Shown: positions 28,210 through 42,991 of the stretch, in pieces
Position numbering within the stretch: position 1 is the first letter of the stretch
Layout: every line of letters starts with the position of its first letter
From: the human T2T-CHM13v2.0 reference genome, Homo sapiens
Strand: one strand, 5' to 3'
Assembly: GCF_009914755.1 (NCBI RefSeq)
Contig: NC_060935.1
DNA length: 64,000 nt
Notes under the pieces: model-generated
Seen by the model: the letters and a program-made list of their open reading frames with translations, nothing else
Told to the model about the DNA's origin: nothing
Database searches by the model: none
Position numbers and translations under genes: made by a program

Positions 28210-28769
28210 TGTATTAATCATGCCTTTTTATTTTTTGTGTTTTCTGATGTTCTAACATTTGAGGCCTTGCTGATCCTAGAGAGGCTACCCTTTCAGGGCT
28301 AGCAAATTCCTAGAAATAGTCAAGGACTTGCCTATAAGCATGACTTTCATATGCAAACCAGCCAATCCAAAGGTCAAACCCCAGTCACCTTCTTTATCAG
28401 GTTCTCCCAGGACTCTTAACACTCACACCACCATTCCCCTGCCCTAATCACCCCACGTCCACTTACCACTTACCAGACAACAAGGGACAGCCCCTATGTC
28501 CCAGAGCCTGCCAAAATTGTTCAAATTACCCAATCATAAGACCATTTACCCTGCCTTCCCATAAAACCACAATAAAGGCTCTTGCCCACATTTTCTACTG
28601 GCTGCTCCCTACTGGCTGATCCTGCTGCTTCCCAGTGTGGCCTCCACATGCTGTGCCATGCCCTGCCTCCTGGGAGCTGTGAGAAAAACATCACTTTTTA
28701 AACAGCAGCCATCTCCTGATCTGTTGCTTCACTATAGCTAAATAATAATAAAACCTGCATTCTAAAACA
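28210..28769 (+). mobile_element. Solo LTR, MER74A-like (ERVL)
   Basis: TGTATTAATCATG..ggccttgctgatcc..aattcctagaaatag..tttcatatgcaaaccagccaatc..aataaaggctcttgcccac..TAAAACA. Confidence 0.72.
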
Positions 28770-30797
28770 ATTACTAAACAAAAAGGCCTGGCTCATCATG
28801 TCAGTCCTGTTAACAGGTTTTATAGGACTACACCCCTGCCCCATTTATATCATGACAACAATGTGGTTGGTAGGTTTCACAACCTAAGTCAGATAGAGTT
28901 ATCCTCCTTGTAAATTTAAATATGGCCTTAAATAACTCTTTTATATTTCCATTATCAACAGAAAGCTATCTAAATTTCCAGTAATCATGACCATCGAAAA
29001 TTTATCATTTGAGTGATTTAGTGTAGTTTTACATATGCCCTCTCTCCCTGAAACAGACATAGGTTTCAGGGGGAGAGGGCCTATGTTATTAAGGTTATTG
29101 GGCATAAAATAACATAGCATGCAAAATCCCTGATACATAAGCAAATTAATATTTTTAGGGTTGGGGTCCCAGGGTCCTGTTCCTCCATTCTTTCTCCCAT
29201 TCCCTACCCCATAGCCCTTCTCAGAATCCTAGGGTCTCAGGCAAAACAGGTAGAAATAACTGGTTGACTGGAAATAGCACAAGAGTAAAGAAGATAAGTT
29301 CTTACTCTGCCGTTTGCTACCTTTTTCTTTTTAAAATGTGAGGCAGTAAAGGCAGCCATGCTCAGTGGTCAAGAGAAAAGAGTCCAATGTGAGACTTCTT
29401 GAGATCATATCCCTGTTTGAACCTCAGTGACCTTAAAATTGAGAAAGTTACTTCACCTCTCTATACCTTACTTTCCCCATCTGTGAAAGAACACTGTTAC
29501 CTAGTCAAAAGACTTTGGTTAGGACTGTCACATAATACTGTGTTATGTAAAGTTACTGACTCATAAGAAGCAATATATAATAAATATTTAATGCATATTA
29601 AAAATAAAGTGATGAGACACTCAGTTTCTTCCTATTTTTTAAGACAGGAGCAGCAATAATATCGCTTACTCAAATTTGTGGTAAGGATTTCTTGATATAA
29701 TCGGGAACATACTATCAGTAAAACACACGCAACAATGATATATTGCTATTACTTAAAAGGTATATGCATCTATTCTTTCTTACTCTCCGGGCTGAGTTTT
29801 ATTTTCTACTTCTTGCTTACTTCAAGGTCTTTGTGCTATTGCAATTAATGAGATTTTCTATAAATCAGTCATAAGTAATACTTTAAGAATTATAGCTGGT
29901 TCAAAGCTAATTTATAACCTACAGTGAATAATGCTTGGTACATGCACTGAATTAAATCAACTACTATCAACAAAAGGTTTTTTACTTTAATATCTAAATT
30001 ATGTTACTTTATATCAAAAGCCAGTCTTCAACATCTCTTTCATGATGTTTTTATCACATCAAATGAAAATTAATTTAAAAGTATGCACTACCCATTACAA
30101 TGTCATCTGACAGCATTTATTTACATATGCATTTGTGTGAGTTTTGAATTAAACTATGATACTTTTAGCCTTGTCCCAGAGGATATCTTGACTTTGTCAA
30201 CAGACTTTCTTCCTTTACTACCCATGCTTTAGTGCACTGAGAGCTGCAGTGAGAGACACAGAAGCAAGTATATGTGAAAGAGTTAGCTAACGGAGATGCT
30301 TTCTTAGCACAGTATCATTGCTAAGTCATCATAGGCTTTGTCTAAACGTTAGAACTAGTTTGTAAGCAAGGAGGGAGAAAGATGAATTCAGTTAACCACA
30401 ACTGTACCTCTTCTTTCCCTTCTCACATTATCCTTAACAAACCTCCCTAAACAGGAGAACCAAAACTGCTTACCCCTGGACCCTAAGATTCCAAACCACA
30501 CCTTACCATCTACATCAACATGACTTTGCTGTTCCACTGTCTGTCTTAGCACCTCTTTCCTCTTCTGGGGCTCTTCCACCAAAGCAAATGGCTTCACTGA
30601 TCCTTATAGGAACTTCCCCCAAAGTTCTATCCAGTCTTTCATGGAAAATTCAACAGACATCTGTGCTCAGATTTACTGAATCTTTTGACTCACCTTGCTG
30701 TTTTCTTCAATCCTGAATTGTTGTGTCATAATTCTTGTATAATCCTAAACAAGTTTCTACATCGAAAAACCTTCCTAGACTCATACTTCCAATTCTT

Positions 30798-31086
30798 TTT
30801 TTTAAATTAAATTAAATTTTAAGTTCCTGGATACATGTGCAGGACGTGCAGGTTTGTTACATAGGTTAAACGTGTGCCATAGTGGTTTGCTACACCTATC
30901 AACCCATCACCTACGTATTAAGCCCCGCATGCATTAGCTATTTCTTTCTGATGCTCTCCCTTCCCCCACATCCCAAACAGGCCCCAGTGTGTGTTGTTCT
31001 CCTCCCTGTGTCCACGTGTTCTCATTGTTCAGCTCCCACTTATAAGACAGAACAGGCAGTATTTGGTTTTCTGTTCCTATGTCAGT
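30798..31086 (-). mobile_element. 5'-truncated L1PA 3' end (about L1PA8-11 class)
   Basis: gatacatgtgcaggacgtgcaggtttgttacatagg..; TSD catacttccaattctt / caaacttcgaattctt. Confidence 0.88.
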
Positions 31087-31503
31087 CAAACTTCGAATTC
31101 TTAATAAATTCTGACCTAATCTTCACAGCTCCACTCACAGACAGTGCCAAACTTTGTGAGGTGGTTCTTTTCCTTACCATCATAATCAATAAAGTCAGCT
31201 CTGCTTTATCAACAGGTTATATTGATGATATTTCAGGAATTACCTTTTTACAATACACAAGGTGTAATACTCATTTAAAATGTGATTGAATCTCAAACAA
31301 TATCTTCACCCTCCCCCCACCCAACAAACACAAATTTGTTGCCTACCCAAACATCCTACTCCCTTACTCTTTTCTAAGAAAATTTTATATAAAACATTTA
31401 CTCCCATGCAAAAACAAAACAAAACAAATATATATATATAGATAGATATAGGTCTATATACTTTTTTATATCTATATAAAAAGTGTATGTGTATATATAT
31501 ATT

Positions 31504-31506
<3 letters not shown>

Positions 31507-31547
<41 letters not shown>
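31507..31547 (+). repeat. (AC)20 microsatellite with adjacent TA-rich tract (31428-31506)
   Basis: Read directly. Confidence 0.97.
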
Positions 31548-31552
<5 letters not shown>

Positions 31553-31616
31553 TATTTTATCTGTTTTGGGAGAGACTGACCCCAGTACTTAAGGGTGAAT
31601 AGAGTTTCATTTAAGC

Positions 31617-33652
31617 TAGAAGTAGGCAAACTTTTTCTGTAAAGGGCCAGATAGTAATTATTTCAGGCTTTATGAGCCATATGATCTCTTGTTGCAACTA
31701 CTCAGTTATGCCACTGTAGCAGCCATAGACAAAAGGTATATAAATGGGCATGGCTGTGCTCCAATAATACTATTTATAGTATAAAATGATATTTTTGGAA
31801 ATTGTAGCTAGAGCAATCAGACATGACAAATAAAGGACATCTTGGAAAAGAAGAGGTCAAATTATCTTTGTTTGCAGATGATATGATCTTATATTTGGAA
31901 AACCCTAAGGACTCTACCAAAAAACTGTTAGAACTGATAAATTCAGTAAAGTTGCAGAATACAAAATCAACATACAAAAATAAGTAGCATTTCTAAATGC
32001 CAATCGCAAACAATCTGAAAAAAGAAATCAAGAAATTAATCCCATTTACTATAGCTATAAATACAATAAAATACTTAGGAATTAAATAACTGAAAGATCT
32101 CTACAGTGAAAACTATAGAACATTAATGAAAGAAGAAATTGGATCAGACACGCAAAAAATGGAAAGATATTCCATGCTCATGGATTAGAAGAAACAATAG
32201 GATTAAAATGTCCATATTACACTAAGCAATCTACAGATTCAATGCAATCCCTGTCAAAATACCAAAGACATTCTTCACAGAAATAGAAAAAAAAATCTTA
32301 AAATGTATATGAGACCACAAAAGACCCAGAATAGCCAAAGCTATCCTGAACAAAAAGAACAAAACTGGAGGAATCTCATTACCTAACTTCAAATTATACT
32401 ACAGAGCTATAGTAACCAAAACAGCATGGTACTGGCATAAAAGCAGACACATACACCAATGGAACATAATAGAGAATCCAGAAACAAATCCATACATCTA
32501 CAGTGAACTCATTTTTGACAAAGGTGCCAAGAACATACACTGGAGAAAGGACAGTCTCTTTAATAAATGGTGCTGAGAAAACTGTATGTCTATATGCAGA
32601 AGAAGAAAACTAGACCTCTATCTCTGGTCGTATAAAAAAATCAAAATGGATTAAAGACTTAAATAGACATTGTAATGAGATATCATCTCACTCAAGTTAA
32701 AAGGGCTTTTATCCAAAAACAGTAACAAATGCTGGTGAGGATGTGGGAAAAAGGGAACTCTCAAAATGTAAATTAGTATAACCACTATGGAATACACTTT
32801 GGAAGTTCTTCAAAAAACTAAAAATAGAACTATAATATAATCCAGCAGTTCCACTGCTAGGCATATATTCCCTAAAAAAGGAAATCAATATATGGAAGAA
32901 ATATCTGCACTCCCATGTTTATTGCAGCACTATTCATAATATCAAAGATTTGGAAGCAACCTAAGTGTCCATCAACAGATAAATGAATTTTTAAAATGTG
33001 GTACATATATACAATGAAGTTCTATTCAGCTGTAAAAAAGAATGAGAAACTATCACTTGCAACAACATGGATGGAGCTGGAGGTCATTCTGTTAAGTGAA
33101 ACAAGCCAAGCACAGAAAGACAAATTTCATATGTTCTCACTTATCTGTGAGAGCTAAAAAGTAAAACAATTGACTAATGGAGATAGAGAGCAGAATGATG
33201 GTTATCAGAGACTGGGAAGCATAGTTGGATGTGGGGAGGCAAAGGAGGGATGGTTAGTGGGTATAAAAATATGGTTAGACACAATTAATATGATCTATTT
33301 GATAGCACAATAGGATGACTACAGTCAACAATAATTTACTGTACATTTTAAAATAACTAAAATAGTAAAATTGTTGTAACACAAAGGATAAATGCTTGAG
33401 GTCATGGGTGCCCCATTTATCCTAATGTGATTATTACGCATTGTATGCCTGTATCAAAGTATCTTATGTATCCCATAAATATATACACCTACTATGTACC
33501 CACAATAATTAAACTTTTTTAAAAAAGAATATATATATATATAAATAAATTCTATTTCCTAACCATTTAAAAATTCACAAACATTCTTAGCTCACAGGGC
33601 ACACACAAAAAAGTAGCAGGTTGTCTTGCAGATTATAGTTAGCTAAGCTCAT
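31617..33652 (+). mobile_element. MER58B hAT element split by the L1MA insertion
   Basis: 5' part 31617-31790 (ggcaaactttttctgtaaagggccagatag), 3' part about 33550-33652 (aaccatttaaaaat..cattcttagctc); 8-bp TSD atttaagc / gtctaagc. Confidence 0.72.
31795..33528 (+). mobile_element. L1MA (L1MA2/3-like) ORF2 3' part and 3' UTR, internal deletion near 32665
   Basis: tttgcagatgatatgatc (FADDMI, RT active site), ORF2 C-terminal sequence, L1MA 3'UTR ..atatatacacctactatgtacccac. Confidence 0.9.
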
Positions 33653-34090
33653 GTCTAAGCAAAGATTGATAGTACCATTCCTGCTTTCAGAGACTAATGA
33701 GGTCTGAACATGTGACACAATTTGGCTAATAAGATGTGAGGGGAAGTCAGCTGAGGGATTTCAGGAATTTTTTTCTCCCACTAATAAGAAGAAAAACATG
33801 GGGAAGAAATAATTCTTTGTTCTGTTTCTAGATATCGTTGAGGGTAAAAGATGCCTAGAGCTGCTGCAGCCATCTTGTGGCCAAGAGGGGAGGCAGCCTG
33901 AGGACAAAGCTGATAAGAAAGAAAAAATGAAAAAATGGAAAGAACTTATATCTTTGATATTTGTGATAAGCAGCTGAATTAATGAACCCTGTAACTGTTT
34001 TTCCTCTGGACTTCTTATTATGTAAAATAATATATTACAGTATAAACAGTTATTATTTTTCTGGTTACATGCAGCCAAACCTATCCTCAC
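33653..34090 (+). mobile_element. Old MaLR LTR (MLT1I/J-like); its 5' part probably lies at about 31565-31616
   Basis: catgtgacacaatttggctaataagatgtgaggggaagtc..gagctgctgcagccatcttg..tctggacttctt..gttacatgcagccaaa. Confidence 0.65.
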
Positions 34091-34821
34091 ACGTTTATGT
34101 TCATTTCTTCTCTCTCTCTCTCTCTCCTTATTTCCTCAGCCAATAGCAAAGAAGAGGGGAACATTTTATTATTTTATTTTCCTATACCTTTATAAATATG
34201 AGACCTTTCAAAGGAAACAAGTTAAGGTAAAGCAACATGATATCCTTATAAGAAAGGTCTGAAGCTCATCCCACATCATGCTAAGAAGGATTTCTACTGC
34301 AAAATCATTTATCTGGACATCTCTGGGTTTTAAAGAATGCTAGAATACACAGGAGAAAAAACAAAGCAACGAATTAAATAACACCATTACCAAAGGTAAC
34401 ACACTTCTTCAAGTTTATTTCATAAATATTTCCTAATATAGATCATTTATTTTCCCATTTTTAACCCAATCTTGCAAATCTTGAGCTTTCTCCACCCCTT
34501 ATGCAGGAGTATGTAGTTCTGTAGATTTTCAGGGAAAAGAATTTTTTTTGTAAATATGCCCAGGGCTGAATCAGTAGGTAAATGTAATGGAAATGCTACA
34601 ACATTTAAATGGCTATAACCCAGTGAATCAACCTGTCAAGTTAACAAGCAGCTGTTTGGCTAAACACACTGACTCTGCAATGTTTCTAGAAAATGCTAAA
34701 ATTTCAGAAGTTGAGATTTACGAAAAAAAAAAAAACCCACCTGACTCTGCATTTTCATTCTTCTAGAAGACTTATTTGGCTTACAGTGGAAGAATGTATA
34801 ATATATTCTTAGGGTTTATGT

Positions 34822-34941
34822 TTCTCTGTAGTCAGGACGTCTCACCTAATGATATTATAATGTTGTCACTAGTGTTGTGACTATATGTTACTAGTGATAA
34901 CATTACCATATCATTAGGTGAGATGTTCTGACTACAGAGAA
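34822..34941. repeat. Hairpin: 52-bp inverted repeat, 16-nt loop
   Basis: 34822-34873 vs 34890-34941, 47/52 Watson-Crick pairs. Confidence 0.93.
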
Positions 34942-35181
34942 CTATGTACTAGAAAAGTAAAACAACAACAACAATGTGGCTGCCACCAACATGGGGTCAT
35001 GTGCTGGAGTGTATAATAAGGATTGTAAGAGAGGTAAATTACCTATGTCTTCAAGAACTTTCCAATCTTGGAGGTATAAAACAAATTATAGACATATATC
35101 AAAAATTTAAAAATGTACATATATGCATATAGGTACTAGTGTAAATCAATACATTCAATATTTACATGCCATAAAGAATTA

Positions 35182-35939
<758 letters not shown>

Positions 35940-36779
35940 TTATGAAAGCAGAGGAGTAGGAGCACAAAATAATAAGAAAACTGTCTTAATGGAAGTAAAG
36001 GACTTACACTATAGAAGTTAGTTAAACTAGCCCAATTGAGGGGCACTGCAAGCCTAACAAAAAAGTTTGAATGTATTTTAATAAAAAAAAACTTAGAAAC
36101 TTGAGGCTTTTAAGCAGGAGAGGGAATGATGAGAATATTGTTTTGGAAAGTTTCTGCTCTTGTCCCTAAAGGAAATTGCAGAGAAGACTTTGATGAGAAA
36201 GTAAATGACTTTAATAATCGACGTCCCTAGTATTGCTTTAGAATGAATGGAACCGATCTCCAATCTGATTATCTGACTACTGAGATGTGTATAGTTCAAA
36301 TTAATACGCCCCAGTTAAAATCCTGTTGAGCATGAAATACCAATGAAGAGAAAATTAGCTTCTGCATATGGTCACGTTAGAAAATATCAGGGTACACAAA
36401 AAGAGCAGTGTATCATTTTGGAATCTCTGATCTGCAAGTCAGGAAAAGAGGCATCTTTGATATCTAGAGTGGCTCATGTCCATGCTGCAGATTGCACACA
36501 AAGGACTACTAAACACACATTTAGTTTTAGTCCTCTTTCTAATTTGAAACAATGCTGAAGCACAAAAAGAATGCCCAATCTACAATAGTAAGACCCAGCA
36601 AAACAAAAACCAGCTTTAGAGTAAAATGCCCCGGAGGGTTGGTTTGGTATTCCTGACTGTTTGATCTTTGGTAAATTGGCCTTCTCCGAGCTGCACCTTC
36701 CTAAGTAGGAATGATGATAACAATACAATAAATAGACATTGTGAGGATTACACGAATTAAATGGCATAGTGTACACTGA

Positions 36780-37665
36780 AAGCGAATCCCCAAACTTGCC
36801 CCTGAACCTCCATAAAAGCCGCTACCATGTGACCAGTTGCACAAGGCAAAATTGTTAAACTCTTCTTTGACTTTTCTTTTTCTGTATTCACCTGCAGCCC
36901 AGCACTATTCTGATTCAACCTTAAAACATAATGTGGGTCTGTCTACTTTTCCTCATTGTCTCTTTCTAGATTATATGTTATCTTCATTTCCAACTTGAAC
37001 CTCTTAAACACACTGCCATCAATTTCCCTACTTTGGTTAACTGCATTATGACAATTCATTCTTTTTAGAGTATTTAGATTGAATTTTTAAATTAAAAATA
37101 TGTTCATGCTATTCTTTTAGTTGAAACACCCCTATTAGCTCCATACCTTTTTAGAACAAAATGCAAACTGCTTTGGTCTCCAAGACTCAGCCTGACCTCT
37201 GTCTGCTTCTCCCACTTCTCAACTTTTTCTTACTCCACCTTCTCGGTTCCACCCCATTGGCCTTTCGTGGTTTCTCAAAAGATTCAGCCTTGTTCCCGCC
37301 TCAGGACCTTTGTACTAGGATTCCCTCTGCCTGCAATGTGTATCCTTTGATTTTTGCGTGGTTGGTTTTCCTTTTAATTCTGGGCTCACTTTAAATTTTA
37401 CCTTCTCAGAAAGTTCTTTTTGATTACCTGGCAAAAAGTATCCCTTTTGTCATATTTAATAAGTTACCTATATTCAATTTTCCTCATAGCACATATCACT
37501 ATTTGTTATTTTTTCTCATACGCTCAGGTGCATATTTTCTTACTGCCTGTCTCACCTCAGTGGAAGGTTAATTTCCATGGAGTAGAGACTTGTCTTCCTT
37601 ATTCAGCAGTATTCACCTAGAACAGTACTCATGGAGTGTTTGTTAAATGCATGAATGAATGAATG
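36780..37665 (+). mobile_element. L2 LINE 3' region
   Basis: gcctcaggacctttgtactaggattccctctgcctgcaatg; ends tgtttgttaaatgcatgaatgaatgaatga. Confidence 0.7.
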
Positions 37666-39143
37666 AGTGCCCCACGCAGACAGAAGCAGGTTGAAAACTC
37701 ATTAAGTCAAGGCTGTAAACGCACTAAGGACCCATAGGATGTCATACTCACTTATTGATCCCTAACACCTAGTAGAACCCCATTCACATAGCAGGAATTT
37801 CATTGATTTTTGGAATAATGTTTTCCAGTTTGTAGTTATTTTCATAGAAGTTTCTCCTACAAAGAGCTGAGAAGAACAGTGATTTAAAGATCATCTCACT
37901 GTCTCTTTGCATGTTTTTTTGAGGGGGATGGGGTAGGTGATAAAGTCGGGGAGATTTCCCTATTTCTTTTTCTCTGTCTATTATTATCAGTAGCAGCCCT
38001 GTTTTATGTTTGACCAAACAATGCCCTCTGCTGTATGTGCCTAAAATAACATGATTGCCTTGAAAATTTCTGCCTAAGAGGATGCCTAGTTGTTTTCATG
38101 ATTTGCTTCTTCCCACCTACATGTACTCCAGAACTAGGGAGGACTGGATTAGCTTTCAGGTCACTGCATTGGATCAGAACACTTTATAACAGAGAAGAGA
38201 ATTCCTAGAGTCAGCAAATGACTTTAAAATGGAGGGGCTTCTTGACCACCACATGCCTGCTACAGAGACTCATTTGAACCATTTATTTAAAAATCCATGG
38301 GTGGAAAAGATCTTCTAATTCTACTATCACAATCTAAAGCAACAAGATAGAATAGGCAAGGGACTGGGGAAGGCTATGGCGGCTCCAAACCTTGTCTTAG
38401 CAACAAAAAGTCAAATCTACTTCATGCTAAAAAATCCGACCCAGGGATAGAGTCACAGCTTGGCAGGGCTAAAAATAAAAATAATTTGTTTTTTTTCCTG
38501 CCTGTTTACACTCTCATGATGCTGGAGAGATAAGTGTACCTGGCATGAGGTTTCTGGCTGTTTATGAATCCTTTCGATCTTATTCACTTTTTGATATTAA
38601 TTATTTAAGAAAATGTAAAATATAGATGACCAACTTGTTTCTCAAATTATAGGGTGGAATTTGAGGTGTTTGGGGGTATGTTTATGTTTTTGACAGCAAT
38701 TTGCTTTAGTGAAATGTATAACCAGAGAAAAATATTTAAAATCTCGAGCTCCATGTACTGCTAGATATTTCACTCTCCAGGTAATGAAATCAGAATGCTC
38801 CAATGATTAGAAATATGCCTGTTTGTAACAATGCCTACATTCTCCTTTGTGCTAATATTTTAAGTCTGGAGCCCCACAATGCATGAAACTGTTGCTTCTT
38901 TTTTTCTTCCTGTTTTTTTTCTTTTTTCTTCAAGTTCAAGGGCCATTTAATGATTAATACATGTTATTCCTTATCTCCACAAGTGGTCTTTTCTTTTCAT
39001 ATTTTTCCCATAGGAGATTTTCAAAGCAACATTTTGCAGACTTAGTGTAACAACACATGGGAGCCTAGACAATCACAGTGCAAGAAAGCATAGCCCATCA
39101 ATAGTTCCCCAGTGCCTACAGAATTAAGCCTAAATCCCTTACT

Positions 39144-39254
39144 GCCTCTACCCACTAGATGCCAGTAGCAACCTCAGTTGTGACAATCTACAGTGTCTCC
39201 AGACACTGCCAAATGTCCCCTGGGGGGCAAAACTGTCCTCTTTGAAAACCACTG
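39144..39254 (-). mobile_element. MER20 fragment
   Basis: cctctacccactagatgccagtagca..gttgtgacaa..tgtctccagacactgccaaatgtcccctggggggcaaaa..aaccactg. Confidence 0.8.
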
Positions 39255-42200
39255 CCTTTGTGTGACATGTAAGCCCCTCCATAGTGCTGTGCCATTCTGC
39301 TTTCCCAGTTGTATCTCCCACTGTTCTTAATACAGTCTAGGCTGCAGTGTGTTCCGACTCTAAAAATACTCCCTCTACTTTTCCTCTTTGGGGACTTGCT
39401 CCTTCTTACTTTAGATTGAAATTACCTACTCTGATTTTTTTTTAAATCAAAATTGTACCCAGTCAGAGCCAATTTTACAATGGCTCTTTCTACTAGGCTG
39501 TCATCAGCCTTATTGATCAGTATAAATCCATCCTTTCCCTAAATTGTCCGTAAAGCCAAGACTATAACACTTACCAAATCCACGTTTGCATGTAAATGTT
39601 TGGGAATGTGTTCAACCTATTTCTTCATAAGTTTTCTCAAAGACAGAAACTGGTTGATATTTAGGCATTCAATAAATATTAGCTGAATTGAATTACGGAA
39701 ATGTGTCACATATTTTAATTCATAGTCAGCAGCCAAATTGATAAACTAATTTTATAAAAACATAATGTATTGAAGTCCATTGCTAAGACTTATATGTGAA
39801 CCAAAAAGATAGAAAAGGTATAAAACTTAGTTTAAATGGCAAAGAGAGGGCTCAATAATTACTCCTTGTCACCCTCCATATAAACAAATGAAAATTTATA
39901 TATTAAGATTGTGAAGAAGTAAATTACCAAAAATCAGCATGTAAATAGGGGATTGAAAATGACGGTTTAGGGTAAAAATCTATCCTTAGCAGCAGTAACC
40001 TGTATCCTAAATATTACATCCAGAGTATCTTGTATATTATGTATGCTCAATATAGGAATAAATATGTGGCCTCAAGAAAAGGTTGATTGTTGCAGATTTC
40101 TAGCTGCTTACACAACTAAGCAGACACTAATAGTACATAGAGACTTAAAAATCAGAGACACAAATTTTTGTAGTACCCTTCCGTGAAACTGCCTGGGGAT
40201 TGAGTGTTGTGATTTTGGACTCTATTATTGTGAGGATAAATGAGTTAATATAGAAAGCTTTAGAACAGTGTCTTGTACATAATCAATACTGTAGGAATAT
40301 TTGTTATTGTCTTCATTGTTTCCATTATTCGTCTAGCACTGATGACAGTTAAAGTCCGTATATGGAGAATGGTTGATGCGTCAACTATAATAATATAACA
40401 CTAAAACAATTTGAATCATACAATTAAGTTCTCTTAGTTTTATTTTTCATCAATATCCGTATTTGATTATTATTTCCTTTTCCATGAAATTGTACAGTAC
40501 CATCATGGGTTCCTAAGAAGTTTATTAATGGGTTTCAAATCATTTATGAACCTCCTGAAAGTATACGCCAATTTTTGTTTAAATGTGATTATATATTTTT
40601 ATAGAAAGATTATTCATTAGTCTTAACATCATACTCTCAAAGAGATTTATGGCTGCAAAAAAGTTTAAGTTCCATACAAAATAATTGATAGACTGAAGTG
40701 CTTGAAAGGTCTGTTAGAGTTCTAGCTATAAATTAGCGAATTGACATTCTGCTCTATATATCAATTTCTTACGTGTTTAGCAAGTACATTTACAACCTTC
40801 TCATAATGAGCTACCAAAATCAAATTTCTGAGAGTGAAAACCCAGGTCTTGAGTAAATTCCTCAAAACAAATGCCCGTTGGGAAGGGTCTTGGGAGGTAG
40901 TCTACCCTGGTAACAGCAATCTTTGCCAAACAACTTAAACACCAGTACACTGGTGACATTTTGTCACTCCACGTCATTTCTTTAAGGAATTTGTGGCAAT
41001 GTATGAATCAGGATGCAGAATGATAAAATAAGGTCCTGTGCTCCCTCAATAGAGCAGAAATGGGACCTTCTCTGTTCCAGAATTTTCTTTCATTTTGCTA
41101 TAGTTTATTCCTCAAAGGAAAATGTAGTAATGCATTAACTAATGCATTGATGTTTATCTCTTAGGGTGTTTTGGGTGACCATGCCTGATGCGAAAGGAGA
41201 AAACACTGTACTTATGAATATTAGTGGAAAAACAACCATATAAAAGAAATAAATAAAAAATAATATTCTATTAAAACAAACATAACCAAAACCCCAATAA
41301 GGATCCTCCCTCAATAAACAAATCTAGTGTTGGAGAGAGGGTAAACTGCAGAAACTGGTCATATGTTTTAGCTTCTCGGGATGCACAATAGGCTGATTTG
41401 CTCTAGGCTTTCAGTTTGAAAAATATAGGGGAGAGAAAAGCGTATAAAAAGGGCTGAGTATTTCAAATTATGTTTAATCAAAATATGTAGAAAATTATTT
41501 TCCATATATATTTTGTTTTCATCTAGGTTAATGACAAAGCAAGTAACTAAAGAAGTGCTTTTGAAAAAAGATCTAAGAAGACTATCTGAAACGTAAGTCC
41601 TTGGCAAGGCAGTCAGAGAAGGATGTGATTTCAGTAAGTTGGTAATGCGGTTAATAGCCTTGCTTCCCAGGCTTCCTTTGGATTGATGACTGGCTGGGAG
41701 GAGTTGATAGTCATTAACCCCCAACTTCTCATTAATCCTTCGAAAATGCTCTGTGCTAAGGTCACCAATGCCTTTATAGGTTGAAAACAAACAAACCAAC
41801 AATATACCCAGAAGGTGTATGGATTTTTATAATGAGCAATGCAATTTAAATTACCATGCAAGGCAATCCGAAGAGAACAAATATCATGTATATAGAGTCA
41901 TTCAGATTTTAAAATCACCTCCCAACGTTTTACCAAGTACTTACTTCCTTGTTCATTATTAAATAGTACAAAACCCTAATTTCCTAGAGAGTAACCAAAA
42001 ACATATTTATAACCCCAGGCGAAGCACTAAAGATGTCTGGGATTTATTTTATAGTAGAGTGCGGGGAAAGATAATCTCTAAAGTCATTTCAGCTATAATA
42101 ATATATGATTCTAAGTATATTCTCTAACGCTATACCTACCAGGGAACTCCAATTCAGTAACTTGCCATCATTGATCATTTGTAACAGGGTACTGAGACAA

Positions 42201-42668
42201 GCCCAGTATAAACAATAGTCATAAACCATTGCCAACATGCTCCACTGAGGGAGTGTGTATGATTGCGTAGATCCTTGTAAGTAGTCTGGGTGTTCAGAGA
42301 GAACCAGTGAGGCTTGAGCAATCAGTGAAAGGTATGTGGACAGTGGATCTAGGGGATATGTAGATTTGAATAAGCAAAAGGTCTAGCATTTTAAGAGAGA
42401 AAAAAAAACAGGCACTTTCCTTCAATAATATTTTTTGAGTGCCTACCAAATTTCAAGCACAATGCTCATTTCTTGACACTTAGGGCCAAGTGTATCTCAT
42501 CAAGAATCTCACAGTGCAGTATGATTCACAGGTGAGTAAGCCAGGAATTATAATGCAGCAGAAAATCCTAGAGAAATTCTATTCTCTATTCTTTAGAATG
42601 AGGTATTATAGCAGCACACAATAAGGAACATACACTAACAGAGCAGAAAGAGAGAAAAAACGGAAAGA

Positions 42669-42793
42669 ACCAGGCGTGGTGGCACATGCCTGTAGTCCCA
42701 GCTACTTGGGAGGCTGAAGCAGAAGGTTCACTTGAGCCCAGGAATCTGAGCCCAGCCTGTGCAACATAGCAAGACACTATCTCTAAACAATAA
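42669..42793 (+). mobile_element. Free Alu monomer (FLAM_A-like)
   Basis: Single ~125-bp monomer: tgtagtcccagctact..cttgagcccagga..caacatagcaagac..tctct. Confidence 0.8.
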
Positions 42794-42991
42794 TCATCAT
42801 CATCAAGAAAAGAGAAAGAGTTTATTTGAAAACAGGCACAAGTTGGGTAGGGAATATATGAAAGTAAACATGACATAGGCAGTGGAGTAGTAAGTAGAAT
42901 AAATGAAATAACACCAGAATATACAAAATAGACAAGGAATTTAGATTTGATATTAACTCATGGATAGATTGTAGGGACTTGATTTTTCTTT

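Noticed and set aside
31428-31506. Short TA-rich quasi-palindrome next to the (AC)20 repeat
   Set aside because: Explained by low-complexity (TA)n self-complementarity.
41368-41802. 144-aa minus-strand ORF, and a 138-aa ORF at 20765-21181
   Set aside because: No motif, composition typical of AT-rich non-coding DNA, and the 144-aa ORF lacks an ATG start.
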